50,015 nucleotides of DNA from Clostridia bacterium. GTDB taxonomy: Bacteria; Bacillota; Clostridia; TANB77; CAG-508. A model generated the notes under the pieces. The model searched no databases and was not told the DNA's origin. It saw only the letters and a program-made list of their open reading frames with translations. Positions 37,154 through 48,100 of the stretch are shown here, in pieces. The position numbers and the translations under genes are program-made. Position 1 is the first letter of the stretch; each line of letters opens with the position of its first letter. The stretch spans positions 1 to 50,015 of the forward strand of contig JAAWJE010000017.1 in assembly GCA_022796725.1 (NCBI GenBank), written 5' to 3'.

Positions 37154-37396
37154 ATGGAACCAGATGTAATAATAAACTGTGGAAGAAAATGTAATGATAA
37201 ATGTAGTTGTATAAGAATAATTATAGCTATCTTAGTTGTATTATTAGCTTTTGTTTTAGGAATAATTATACAATTTGCATTTAATATAGTTGCAGCTTTA
37301 ACATTAGCATACTTTATTGCTATATTAACAGGACTTGCAATTGCTGTAATCTTACTTGCAATATATGTAGCATGTAAATGTAGAAGAAGATTATAG
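37154..37396 (+). CDS. Small Cys-rich membrane protein (hypothetical)
   Basis: 80 aa; N-terminal CGRKCNDKCSC, two hydrophobic helices, C-terminal CKCRRRL; AGGTGA SD; followed by a terminator. Confidence 0.5.
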   Translation: MEPDVIINCGRKCNDKCSCIRIIIAILVVLLAFVLGIIIQFAFNIVAALTLAYFIAILTGLAIAVILLAIYVACKCRRRL

Positions 37397-37405
37397 AAGT
37401 AAAAA

Positions 37406-37441
37406 AATAGTAGGGAGATAGTGTATCTTCCTACTATTTTG
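37406..37441 (+). terminator. Rho-independent terminator
   Basis: atagtagggagata/tatcttcctactat stem plus TTTT. Confidence 0.7.
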
Positions 37442-37528
37442 ACTTATTTTTTTATTATTGTAAATTTAAAAATATTGTGATAAAATTTTATCATAATTAG
37501 TTTTTCTTAGAAGAAAGGATAGATAAAT

Positions 37529-38539
37529 ATGGGAAATATAATAACAGTTGTTATGGCAGCAGGAGAAGGAACAAGAATGAAAACAAATACATCAAAAGTA
37601 GTACATAAAATATATGGAAAAGAAATGGTAAATAGAGTAATAGATACAGCACAAAGAGTTGGTTCAGATGAGATTATAGCAGTAGTTGGACATAAAAGAG
37701 AATGTGTAATGAATGCTATTGGAGACAGAGCAAAATTTGTTGTTCAAGAAGAATTACTTGGAACAGGTCATGCTTTAATGCAGGCAGTACCATATCTTGA
37801 AGGAAAGAATGGAAAAGTTGTTATATTATATGGAGATGTTCCACTTATTAGAGAAGAAACAATAAGAAAATTAATAAAGTTAAGTGAAGATAATAGTGAA
37901 TATGCAACTCTTATAACAGCAGTGTATGATAATCCAACAGGATATGGAAGAATTATAAGAGATATAGATGGAAGAGTTACTGAAATTGTAGAAGAAAAAG
38001 ATGCAACAGATGACCAAAGAAAAATAAAAGAAATAAATTCTGGAATATATTGTTTTGATATAGAAGAATTGTTAAGTGCTATAAAAGAAATAAAACCTAA
38101 TAATGCACAAGGAGAATATTACTTAACAGATGTTATAAAAATAATGAGTAATAAAGGACTAAAAACTGGAGCGATAATTGTTGAAGACAATACAGAAATA
38201 TTAGGTGTAAATGATAGAATACAACTTGAACTATTAACAAGAGTATTAAGAATGAGAATAAATACAGAACATATGAAAAGCGGAGTAACAATTGAAGATT
38301 CTAATTGTACATATATATATGAAGATGTTAAAATAGGAAAAGATACAGTAATACATCCAAATACTACAATAAAATCAGGAGTTACAATAGGAGAAAATTG
38401 TGAAATTGGTCCAAATGCTTATATAGAAGAAGGATGTATTATAGAAGATAATTCAAAAATTGAAAGTTTTACTCAAATTAGAAAAACAAAAGTAAAAGAA
38501 GGTAGTGAAATAAAACCATTTTCTTTTATAGAAAATTAG
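37529..38539 (+). CDS. GlmU-like sugar-1-phosphate nucleotidyltransferase with short left-handed beta-helix tail
   Basis: The VVMAAGEGTRMKTNTSKVVHKI N-terminal motif and LYGDVPL match the GlmU uridyltransferase domain. Only about 85 aa of hexapeptide repeats follow before the stop and a terminator (336 aa, against ~455 aa for bifunctional GlmU). Confidence 0.7.
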   Translation: MGNIITVVMAAGEGTRMKTNTSKVVHKIYGKEMVNRVIDTAQRVGSDEIIAVVGHKRECVMNAIGDRAKFVVQEELLGTGHALMQAVPYLEGKNGKVVILYGDVPLIREETIRKLIKLSEDNSEYATLITAVYDNPTGYGRIIRDIDGRVTEIVEEKDATDDQRKIKEINSGIYCFDIEELLSAIKEIKPNNAQGEYYLTDVIKIMSNKGLKTGAIIVEDNTEILGVNDRIQLELLTRVLRMRINTEHMKSGVTIEDSNCTYIYEDVKIGKDTVIHPNTTIKSGVTIGENCEIGPNAYIEEGCIIEDNSKIESFTQIRKTKVKEGSEIKPFSFIEN

Positions 38540-38559
38540 TAAATTATAAAAATAAAATA

Positions 38560-38610
38560 AAAAAGAAAACTCTTAGATAAAAAGTATATTAAATCTAAGA
38601 GTTTTCTGCT
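38560..38610. terminator. Bidirectional terminator
   Basis: 15-bp perfect stem agaaaactcttagat/atctaagagttttct between convergent genes. Confidence 0.75.
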
Positions 38611-38614
38611 ATTA

Positions 38615-38992
38615 CTACATACCTTGTTCACCAGGAATTATATAATCAATAATTCCATATATAAGAGCACCAATTATTGCTGCCATCCAAGATATTGAAT
38701 AACCACTTACAAAGAATTGAGTTGCATATAGTACGATAACTGCTAATACAAATCCCACAAAACCTTTACCAAACGCCATAGCATGTAAACCTGTGAATTT
38801 AATTATTAAATAATCCATTGCTGTTAAAACAACTGCAGCTAATCCTAAAGCCCATATATTATTAATAGTAAAACCTGGAGTAAAAAATGCTGTTACTGCA
38901 AGAATTATAGCAGCTGCAACAAGTCTACCAATAATTTGTCCCCAAGTTCCAACTGATGAAGCGCTTTGTACATTTGAATCGTTATTACTCAT
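38615..38992 (-). CDS. Four-TM membrane protein of the phage-holin-4-like (YvlD-type) family
   Basis: 125 aa with four hydrophobic segments; the FTPGFTI and IIDYIIPG pattern resembles YvlD/holin superfamily IV proteins. Confidence 0.55.
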   Translation of the reverse strand: MSNNDSNVQSASSVGTWGQIIGRLVAAAIILAVTAFFTPGFTINNIWALGLAAVVLTAMDYLIIKFTGLHAMAFGKGFVGFVLAVIVLYATQFFVSGYSISWMAAIIGALIYGIIDYIIPGEQGM

Positions 38993-39168
38993 TGTTTTAA
39001 ACCTCCTTCTTGAATAGTAAAAATAAAAATGAATTCTAGGTTATATTTTTATTATTTACAATAAAAAATTTTTTATACAAAAAAATAATTAAAATAAATT
39101 ATTTATAGAATATTATTTACAAAAATTGAAATAATATTAACAGAAATAAAAACAAAAGAAGGGAAATT

Positions 39169-39864
39169 ATGTTATTAATTTTTATAAGAACGTTAGTTTT
39201 ATATGGTATTATCTTAATAGTAATGAGACTTATGGGAAAAAGAGAAATAGGTCAGATGCAACCATTTGAATTTACAATAGCAATTATGATATCAGATTTA
39301 GCAACAATGCCAATGGAGGATAGTGGAATTCCTATATCAAATGGAATTATACCAATACTTGGTTTATTAGTTGCACATCTGATGATTTCATATGTAAATA
39401 TGAAAAGTATAAAGTCAAGAGAAATATTATGTGGTAAACCATCAATTTTAATTTATAGAGGAAAAATAGATGAAGCTATTTTATTAAAAGAAAGATTTAC
39501 TATAAATGAATTACAAGAAAGACTTAGGGGAAAAGATGTAACAAATATAGCAGATGTTGAATATGCAATTTTAGAGACAAGTGGTCAAGTAAATGTTATT
39601 TTAAAGCCAGAAAAGCAGAATGTTACAATAGAGGATATGAATTTAACTAAAGAATATCAAGGAATTTCTTATGATTTAGTAATTGATGGAGTTGTAATGC
39701 AGGATAACTTAAATAAAATAAATAAGAATTATAAATGGCTTGAAAAAGAAGTTAAAAAATTTGGATATAAACCAGAAGATGCTTTAATAGTAACAATAGA
39801 TGCAAATGATAATATATTTTTTCAAGAAAAAACTTTTAAGAAAAGTAAAGCCATGAAAGGATAA
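39169..39864 (+). CDS. DUF421 (YetF-like) membrane protein
   Basis: MRLMGKREIGQMQPFEFTIAIMISDLA N-terminal region is characteristic of DUF421/YetF. Confidence 0.75.
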   Translation: MLLIFIRTLVLYGIILIVMRLMGKREIGQMQPFEFTIAIMISDLATMPMEDSGIPISNGIIPILGLLVAHLMISYVNMKSIKSREILCGKPSILIYRGKIDEAILLKERFTINELQERLRGKDVTNIADVEYAILETSGQVNVILKPEKQNVTIEDMNLTKEYQGISYDLVIDGVVMQDNLNKINKNYKWLEKEVKKFGYKPEDALIVTIDANDNIFFQEKTFKKSKAMKG

Positions 39865-39870
39865 ATAAAT

Positions 39871-40260
39871 ATGAAGAAAGAAATTATTATGTCTATAGTA
39901 ATAGTAATTGTAATTATTATAGCTGATATTATAACTGGAAGAATTACTAAAAATATGGTTATAGAAATGACAAATAAATTAGAAGGTTTAAAAGAAATTA
40001 TAAATAAAGAAGAAAGTAACGAAAAAGAAATATCAAATAAAATAAGAGATATAAAAAATACATGGGAAGATGAAAATAAAACATTATCATATTATATAGA
40101 ACATGATGAACTTGAAAAAGTAGAAACAGAATTAAATAGTTTAATAGGACTTAGTAAAGATAGAGATATAGAAGAGGAACTTGCTACTATACAAAGGGCT
40201 GAATTTATATTAGAGCATATTTCAGAAAAGTATAAATTATCTCTTAATAATTTCTTTTAA
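39871..40260 (+). CDS. DUF4363-like small membrane-anchored protein
   Basis: 129 aa; N-terminal TM then a helical domain; sits immediately after the DUF421 gene, the usual pairing in spore formers. Confidence 0.55.
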   Translation: MKKEIIMSIVIVIVIIIADIITGRITKNMVIEMTNKLEGLKEIINKEESNEKEISNKIRDIKNTWEDENKTLSYYIEHDELEKVETELNSLIGLSKDRDIEEELATIQRAEFILEHISEKYKLSLNNFF

Positions 40261-40352
40261 TAAATTAAGTTTGCACAAATAAGATGAAAAAGACATAAAT
40301 TATTATTAAAGGATAATTTGAGAATGATAATTTATAAAGGAATGATAATAAT

Positions 40353-41492
40353 ATGGAAAAAATGATATATTTTGATTATGCTGCCACTACTCCAGTAGAT
40401 GAAAATGTTTTAAGAAAGATGATACCATATTTTAGTAGTGAATTTGGAAATCCATCTTCAGTATATGATATAGGAAAATCTAATAAAGTAGCAATTAATA
40501 TGGCAAGAAAGCAAATTGCAGATGCTATAAACTGTAGTTCTGAAGAGATATATTTTACAAGTTGTGGTAGTGAAAGTGATAATTTAGCGATAAAAGGAAT
40601 AGCTAAAGCAAATAAAAATAGAGGAAGACATATAATTACAAGTAAAATAGAACATCCAGCAGTACTTGAAACTTGCAATAGACTAGAAAAAGAAGGGTTT
40701 AGTGTAACATATATAAATGTAGATAAAGATGGTATAATAAACTTAAATGAACTAGAAAAAGCTATAAGAAGAGATACTATTTTAATTAGTGTTATGTATG
40801 CAAATAACGAAATTGGTACAATACAACCAATTGATGAAATAGGAAGAATTGCAAGAAGTAGAAATATAATTTTTCATACAGATAGTGTTCAAGCAATTGG
40901 AAATATAAAGATAGATGTAAATAAATCTAATATAGATAGTTTATCAATGTCAGCTCATAAATTTTATGGACCTAAAGGAATGGGAGCTCTTTATGTAAGA
41001 AAAGGAATAAATTTTCAGAGGCAACAAGATGGTGGTCATCAAGAAAGAGAAAAAAGAGCAGGTACTGAGAATGTTGCAGGTATAGTAGGAATGGGAGAAG
41101 CAATAGAAATAGCAAATAGAGAACTTAAAGGGCATAATAATAATATAAAATATTTAAGAGATTTATATATAAAGGCTATAGTAAATAGAATAGATGATAT
41201 TCATATAAATGGTAGTTTAGAAAATAGACTTCCAGGAAATGCTAATATTTCTTTTTTAGGAATAAAAGGTGCAAAAATGGTAGAATTATTAAATCAAAAA
41301 GGAATATGTGCATCAAGTGGTTCTGCTTGTAGTGCTGGACTCATAAAACCTTCATCAGTAATTTTAAATACTGGAGCCAGTATTCAAGTGGCAGATAGTG
41401 CACTTAGGACTACTTTTGGAAAATATAATACTATTACAGATGTTAGATATTTAGTAGATTCAATTGATGAAATAGTAAAAAAATATAGATAA
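40353..41492 (+). CDS. nifS: Cysteine desulfurase (NifS-type, class V aminotransferase)
   Basis: PLP lysine context SAHKFYGPKG and the active-site loop SSGSACSAG. Confidence 0.85.
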   Translation: MEKMIYFDYAATTPVDENVLRKMIPYFSSEFGNPSSVYDIGKSNKVAINMARKQIADAINCSSEEIYFTSCGSESDNLAIKGIAKANKNRGRHIITSKIEHPAVLETCNRLEKEGFSVTYINVDKDGIINLNELEKAIRRDTILISVMYANNEIGTIQPIDEIGRIARSRNIIFHTDSVQAIGNIKIDVNKSNIDSLSMSAHKFYGPKGMGALYVRKGINFQRQQDGGHQEREKRAGTENVAGIVGMGEAIEIANRELKGHNNNIKYLRDLYIKAIVNRIDDIHINGSLENRLPGNANISFLGIKGAKMVELLNQKGICASSGSACSAGLIKPSSVILNTGASIQVADSALRTTFGKYNTITDVRYLVDSIDEIVKKYR

Positions 41493-41494
41493 AA

Positions 41495-41526
41495 AATAAA
41501 ATCCAGTATGACTACTGGATTTTTAT
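41495..41526. terminator. Bidirectional terminator
   Basis: aaaatccagta/tactggatttt stem between convergent genes. Confidence 0.7.
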
Positions 41527-41544
41527 ATGTAATAAATTATTCAT

Positions 41545-42486
41545 TTATTCATCTTTTTTTATTTGAGTTTTTCCTTTTTTCTTATCATCAGTTACCACAT
41601 CTTTTAGAGCACCTAAACTTCCTAAAGCTGATGTAGCTTCGAAAGGAATAAATATTTTATTTGCATCTCCTTTTGCAACTTCTTGTAGTGCTTCTAAAGA
41701 TTTTAATTGTACTAATTTATCATCTGGGTTTGAATCTTTTATTGCATCATATACTAATTGTATTTCTTTAGCTTTAGCTTCAGCTACTTGTTTTATAGCA
41801 TCAGCTTCACCAGTTGCTTTTCTTATTGTTGATTCTTTTTGAGCTTCAGCATCTAGTATAGCTGCCTCTTTTCTACCTTCAGCAAGAGTGATTGCAGACT
41901 GTCTTTTTCCTTCAGCTTCAAGAATTAAAGCTCTTTTATTTCTTTCAGCATTCATTTGTTTTTCCATTGCATCTCGTATATCTGCTGGAGGAGTGATATC
42001 TTTAATTTCAACACGATCAACTTTACATCCCCATTGGTCTGTTGCTTCACTTAATATAATTCTTAATCTATCATTAATCATATCTCTTGAACTAAATGTT
42101 TCATCAAGTTCCATTTTACCAACAATATCACGAATAGTTGTTATTGCTAAATATTCAATACCTTTTTTTAGTGATTGAATTTCATAAACTGCCTTTGCAG
42201 GTTCTATTATTTTATAAAATACAACTGTATCTATTGTAATTGTTACATTATCAGATGTAATAACACTTTGAGGTGGTATATCCATAGTTTGTTGTTTTAA
42301 GCTTACAACTGATCTAACTTTATCAATAAATGGAATTATGATTGTAAGACCAGCCTCAGCAACTTTATGAAATTTACCTAGTCTTTCTATAATATATACT
42401 TCTGATTGCTTAACTACTTTAATTGTATGATATGCTACAAAACATATAGCTACTATAAATAATACAAATATTAAGAATCCTCCCAT
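41545..42486 (-). CDS. SPFH/Band 7 (stomatin-like) membrane protein
   Basis: N-terminal TM, IIERLGKFHKVAEAGL, and a long Ala/Glu-rich coiled coil typical of the SPFH family. Confidence 0.85.
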   Translation of the reverse strand: MGGFLIFVLFIVAICFVAYHTIKVVKQSEVYIIERLGKFHKVAEAGLTIIIPFIDKVRSVVSLKQQTMDIPPQSVITSDNVTITIDTVVFYKIIEPAKAVYEIQSLKKGIEYLAITTIRDIVGKMELDETFSSRDMINDRLRIILSEATDQWGCKVDRVEIKDITPPADIRDAMEKQMNAERNKRALILEAEGKRQSAITLAEGRKEAAILDAEAQKESTIRKATGEADAIKQVAEAKAKEIQLVYDAIKDSNPDDKLVQLKSLEALQEVAKGDANKIFIPFEATSALGSLGALKDVVTDDKKKGKTQIKKDE

Positions 42487-42743
42487 AATTTTTTCCTCCT
42501 ACAATTTATATATATTAGAATAATTGTTTATAAAATCTACATTACATTACTATTATAACACAAAAATAGCTTAAAATAAAGAGAATTTTTGAAAAAATAG
42601 AAATTTTATGTAAATTATAATAAAATTTACCAAGTATTTTACAATTAGTTTAAATATTGATAAAAAATTCAAAATTATATTTGTTAAAGTAATGTTTTAT
42701 GATATACTGTTTTTGAAAATAAAATTAAATAGAGGTATAAAAA

Positions 42744-43793
42744 GTGGATAAAAGAATAAATAGCAGAGATAAGAAAAAAAATGCTACTGTAATAAATAAA
42801 GGTTTATTAAGGCAAATGAAAAGAATAGTAATTGTTTTAGTATATTTAATTATAGTATGTATAATACTTAATTATGCAAAAAACTTTATTAAGAGTGATA
42901 AAAAATTAAGAATATTAATAAATAGTAATGATATTACTTTGAAATATGAAGCATTTGTAAAAAATGATGCTTTATATATGTCAGTAGATGATATAGATAA
43001 ATATTTTGGAGCTAATACTTATTCAGAAAAAGATGAAGATGGTAAAGATACTGTTATTTCAATGTCTGGAAATAAAATTTTAAGACTTACAGATGGTGAA
43101 AAAATATATGAAATAAATAATACTACTCAAAGTATAAATCATAATTTTGAAAATAAAAATGGTGTTTATTATTTACCTGTTTCAGAAATAATGGCTACAT
43201 ATAATATTGATATAGAAGAATGTGATAATAAGGTTGTAAATATAGAATTATTAAATACTGAGAAGAAAGTAGCAAAATCAACCAAAAGAATAAAAGTGAA
43301 ATTTAAGGAAACAACTTTTTCTAAAACAATAGATAAAATTAGAAAAAATGAAGAAGTTACAATAGTACAAGAAGGTAAAAAATGGACAAAGATAATGGCA
43401 AATGGTGGATACTTAGGATATGTAAAGACAAAATATTTAAAAGAACCAAGAGTTATTCGTGAAGTATTTGATGATGGAATTACAAGTGAAATAAAAGAAA
43501 AAGATAATGTATTAGAGCTTACAAATGATTACATAAAGGAAAGTATAGATACTATTACTAAAAGTTATGATAAAAGAAAAGACTTTATATTAAAAGTTGT
43601 AGATACAGCAGTAAAAAAGAAATTAAATGCAGTTAAAGTTAATTTTAATGGAGTAAAAAATAAAGAAAACTATTATAGATTTTTAACAGAACTTAGACCA
43701 TATTTAAATGAATATTCAATATCTTTAATTGCAGTAAAAAATGATGAATTAAGTGAAGAAAGATTAAAAAATATAGTAAATGAAATAAAATAA
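42744..43793 (+). CDS. Membrane-anchored hypothetical protein with stalk-like and SH3b-like segments
   Basis: GTG start after AGAGG; one TM; a copper-amine-oxidase-N-like segment (DALYMSVDDIDKYFG, GVYYLPVSEIMATYNI); an SH3b-like segment (GKKWTKIMANGGYLGYVKTKYL). Confidence 0.45.
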   Translation: MDKRINSRDKKKNATVINKGLLRQMKRIVIVLVYLIIVCIILNYAKNFIKSDKKLRILINSNDITLKYEAFVKNDALYMSVDDIDKYFGANTYSEKDEDGKDTVISMSGNKILRLTDGEKIYEINNTTQSINHNFENKNGVYYLPVSEIMATYNIDIEECDNKVVNIELLNTEKKVAKSTKRIKVKFKETTFSKTIDKIRKNEEVTIVQEGKKWTKIMANGGYLGYVKTKYLKEPRVIREVFDDGITSEIKEKDNVLELTNDYIKESIDTITKSYDKRKDFILKVVDTAVKKKLNAVKVNFNGVKNKENYYRFLTELRPYLNEYSISLIAVKNDELSEERLKNIVNEIK

Positions 43794-43816
43794 AAAAGTA
43801 TATGAGAGGAGTAAAT

Positions 43817-44971
43817 ATGATGGATGAAGAAGAGAAAAAAGTAGAAGTAGAAGAAATAGTGTTAGAAGAAGAAACGCAAGAAAAAGAGAAAATGCATATA
43901 ATATTGAAAATTTTACTAATATTAATGTTATTATCAATTGTAGCTGTTGTAGGGGCATATTTTTGGTATACATCATCATTAGAAGCGGTAAATGAAAACA
44001 ATAAAGAAATAAAGACAGTAAAAATAGAGTCAGGAAAAGGTACAGTAGGTATTGCTCAAATATTAAAAGAAAATAACTTAATAAAAAGTGATTTAAGTTT
44101 TAAAATTTATTGCAAAATAAATAATATAACCAAGCTTCAGGCAGGTGAATATGAACTTGATTCTACTATGAGTGTAGAACAAATTATAAAGAAAATGGAA
44201 GCAGGAGAAATAGTAAAAAAAGAAATAAAAATAATGTTTCCAGAAGGAAAGAATATTAGAAAAATAGCAAAGATTATAGGGGACAATACAAATAATACAT
44301 ATAAAGAAGCTATGGATATACTTGAAAGTAAAACTTATGCTAAAGAAATGATTAAAAAATATTGGTTTTTAACAGATGAAATATTAGATTCAAATATTTA
44401 TTATCCACTTGAAGGTTATTTATACCCTAACACATATACTTTTAAAAGTGCAGATGTTAAAGTAGAAGAAATTATAGAAAAAATGTTAAATCAAACAGAT
44501 AAAGTTTTATCAAAATATCAGATGGAAATAAGTTCAAAAGGATATACTGTTCATAAATTTTTAAGTTTAGTTTCAGTTGTAGAAAATGAAGGTACGAATA
44601 CAGTAGATAGACAAGGAATAGCAGGTGTATTTTCAAATAGAATACAAAAGGGAATGGCACTTCAAAGTGATGTTACAACATATTATGCTTTTAAAATAGA
44701 TATGGGAGAAAGAGATTTAACAGCAAAAGAATTAAATACATTTAATAAATATAATACTAGAGGACCTAAAATGGAGGGAGAAATTCCAGTAGGGCCAATT
44801 TCAAATGTAAGTGAGTCTTCAATAGAGGCTACTTTAAATCCAACAAATATAGATGCTCTTTTCTTTGTAGCTGATAAAAATGGAAAAGTATATTTTACAA
44901 AAACAAATGAAGAACATGAACAAATAAAAAATAAATTAAAAGAAGATGGATTATGGTACACGTATAATTAA
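43817..44971 (+). CDS. mltG: Endolytic murein transglycosylase MltG (YceG-like)
   Basis: N-terminal TM, a LysM-like fold region, and the EGYLYPNTYTF and SVVENE catalytic-region motifs. Start set to the ATG at 43817 after GAGGAG. Confidence 0.85.
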   Translation: MMDEEEKKVEVEEIVLEEETQEKEKMHIILKILLILMLLSIVAVVGAYFWYTSSLEAVNENNKEIKTVKIESGKGTVGIAQILKENNLIKSDLSFKIYCKINNITKLQAGEYELDSTMSVEQIIKKMEAGEIVKKEIKIMFPEGKNIRKIAKIIGDNTNNTYKEAMDILESKTYAKEMIKKYWFLTDEILDSNIYYPLEGYLYPNTYTFKSADVKVEEIIEKMLNQTDKVLSKYQMEISSKGYTVHKFLSLVSVVENEGTNTVDRQGIAGVFSNRIQKGMALQSDVTTYYAFKIDMGERDLTAKELNTFNKYNTRGPKMEGEIPVGPISNVSESSIEATLNPTNIDALFFVADKNGKVYFTKTNEEHEQIKNKLKEDGLWYTYN

Positions 44972-44983
44972 AAATATTATATA

Positions 44984-45021
44984 AAAAAGCAAAAGATTAT
45001 TTAAAATCTTTTGCTTTTTTT
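44984..45021 (+). terminator. Rho-independent terminator
   Basis: aaaaagcaaaagatt/aatcttttgcttttt stem plus T-run. Confidence 0.75.
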
Positions 45022-45127
45022 GTGTAGAAAAACTAAGAATTATTTGTTACTTTTTTTAAAGAAAGTAACAATAGTCGAAGATGATTATTTACTACGGAAA
45101 GTTAGATATTAAAAGTAAAATAAGTTA

Positions 45128-45157
45128 TTGACAAAAGAATATGATATTAACTATAAT
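45128..45157 (+). promoter_or_regulatory. Sigma-A promoter of the Fn3 surface-protein gene
   Basis: TTGACA, 18 nt, then TATAAT. Confidence 0.5.
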
Positions 45158-45189
45158 ATTGACAAAACTATGTGAAGGAGAGTGAATGT

Positions 45190-48100
45190 ATGAAATCAAT
45201 TAGTACAAAAAGAATTACTTTAGTCGTTGTACTTTCTATGATTATTTTGTTGTCATTATCTCAAAGTGTATTTGCAGCTAGTAAATCTGTATCAAAAGTA
45301 AAAAACGTAAAAGTAAAGACGAAAACAACATCAAGTATTACAGTAAAATGGAAGAGAAATCCTTACGTAACAGGATACAGAGTATATATGAAAAAACGGA
45401 AAAAATTCAAAATATACTAGAATAGTAACAATAAAGAATAGAAATATAACATCATATAAGAAGAGAGGATTAAAAGAAGGTAAGAAATATTACTTTAAGG
45501 TAAGAGCATATAGACAAACTAGAAACTCTAAAAAATTTGGAGCATATTCAAAAGTTATAAAAGCTCAAACTAAAAAAAGACTTTCAAAACTTAAGTTAAG
45601 TGTAAATACATCTTCAAAGAAATATACTAGAAAAGCTATAAAAACAAAAGTATCAATAAAAGATGGTAAAAAGACATTAAAATATAAAAAAGATTATACT
45701 GTAAGTTATAAAAATAATGTTAATCCAGGAACAGCAACAGTAATTATTAAAGGAAAAGGCAATTATACAGGAACAATTAAAAAGAAATTTAAAATAGTAG
45801 TAGGAAAAATAAGTAATTTAAAGGTAAAAAGCCAATCATCATCTGATGTAACTTTAGGATGGAATAGAGATCCAGTTGTAACAGGATATGAAGTATATAT
45901 GGCAACTAGTAAAGGCGGAAAATATAGTAGAATATCAACAATTACTAGAAATAGTGTAACATCATATAAAAAGACAAAACTAACAAAAAATAAAACATAT
46001 TATTTTAAAGTAAGAGCATATAAAATAGTAAAAGGAAAAAAGAAATATGGCGCATATTCAAATATTGTAAGTGCAACACCAAAAGAAAATGCAGTAGGAA
46101 ACTTAAATATTATGCAAAGTATGATAAAAAATAATACTTTAACAGTTGAAAATAAAACTTACTTAAATGTTACAATTTCACAAGATGTAAAAGAAGATTC
46201 ACAAATTAACTTAAATAATATTACTATAAAAGGAAAATTAACTTTAAATGAACCAAAAAGATATAGATTAAATATTACAAATACAAATTTAAGCAATATG
46301 GAAGTAGTAAAAGTAGCTACAAAGGCATATAATGCAGCAAATGTATATAATCAAATAATTGATGGTCCAACTGTTAATTTTGAAAATTGTAGCAATATGA
46401 AAAAAATAGATATTAATGGAAATATTGAAATTAATGGTGCAAATACAGCAGAAACAATAAATATTAATTCTGGAAGCGAAATATCATTAGGTATTCCTTC
46501 TAATGAAGTTATTGTAAATTCAAATCCAGTAGACTCAGTGATAGCAATTAATAAAGATGTTAAGAATATTGTTAATAAAAAAGATAATGTTAATTTTATG
46601 ATTAATTCTAATATTAATGATATAACAAACAATGGAAAAAATAGCAAAATAATGATATCTACTGATAAAAAAGTAAGCAATTTAGCAAATAATGCTGAAA
46701 ATACATTTATTTCTGGAAAAGGAAGTATTGAGAAATTAACAATTTCAGAAAATGCAAAAAATACAAAAGTTTTTGTTAAAACTACAACTCAGCCAGTAGT
46801 AGAAGCAGATGATACTTTTATATTAGAAGAAAAAGACTTTGCTATACAATCAGTAGAGCCAAAAAGTCAAGGAAATGTTACATTTACTTTAAACAAACCA
46901 ACTTCAAAAAAATTAACTCTTGCAGATGTTTCTATATATTGTGGAAGAGGAAGTGAAACAGCTATCTTTTCTATTGAAAGTAAAGATAATAAGACATATA
47001 ATTTAACAACATCATATTATAAAGATGGTATATTTGGTTTATATGTAACATTACCAAATGGAAATATTATAAGTAAAGATTTTAAATGTGAATATTCAAA
47101 TCCAACAGTTAATAAATCAGTAGTAATAAGAACAGCAAAAGACAAAGCAGAATTAGAATTATATGGTGTTGATGAAGGTGGATATTTATATTATGTTTTA
47201 GAAGCTCCAGGTGCACAAAATATAAATCAAGCTCATATTAAAGCAAAAGGAACAAAAGTACAAGTAAAAACAGAATATAATAAAATTAATATATCTGGTT
47301 TACAAGAAGGTAAATCTTATGAATTATATTATGTAATAGAAGGATTTTATAAAAATACTTCTAGTGTAAAAGGACCAATTGAAGTACCAAGTAAAGTACA
47401 AGAAGTTGATAAAAGTGATATTTTTATAGAATATGCAGCAGAAGAAAGTTGTAATACATTTGTAATTAGATTAAATAAAGTACCTGAAAAGAAACTTGTT
47501 TTATCAGATTTTAGTATTAAATGTCCAACTCAATCAAAATTAACAATATCAGGTGCAAAATTTACAACAAGTGTAGATAGATTAACTTATTATTTAAAAG
47601 TTCCAGATAATTATGGGCATAAAGATAATAAATATACAGTTGAAGTAAATGTTGGAAGTAAAAAAATAAATAAATCTTTTGTTTCACATTTTGACCCTCC
47701 AGCAATTACTGGTGAAAAAATAACTAGAACTGGTAAAAATGAAGCTAAATTAACATTTAATTCTGATGAGCCAGGAAAGATGTATTATGGTGTTTATGAG
47801 TGGAATAGAGGAATATATGTAGGAGATTCTACAACTCCACTTGCAGAAAATGTACTAAAAGCAGTAGCAAATGGAACATTAGCAAAAGAACCACTTAAAG
47901 GAAAAGAAAAGGTTCTTGTAGCAGGACCAAATGATTTAACTGTTGATTTAAGCAATATAGAAATAACAAGAACAACAAGAATATGGGTATTATTTGTTGA
48001 TAATGCAGGAAATTATAGAAATGGTTTTGTTTCACATTTTGGAAGTATTCCAGAATATGTAGGCGGAGGAGAAGAAGAAAATAAAAGTACATTAAAGATT

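Noticed and set aside
45044-45071. A 10-bp palindrome (ttgttacttt/aaagtaacaa) upstream of the Fn3 gene promoter, considered as an operator.
   Set aside because: It is a single occurrence about 60 bp upstream of the -35, just after the mltG terminator. There is no partner site, so it could equally be a secondary terminator hairpin.
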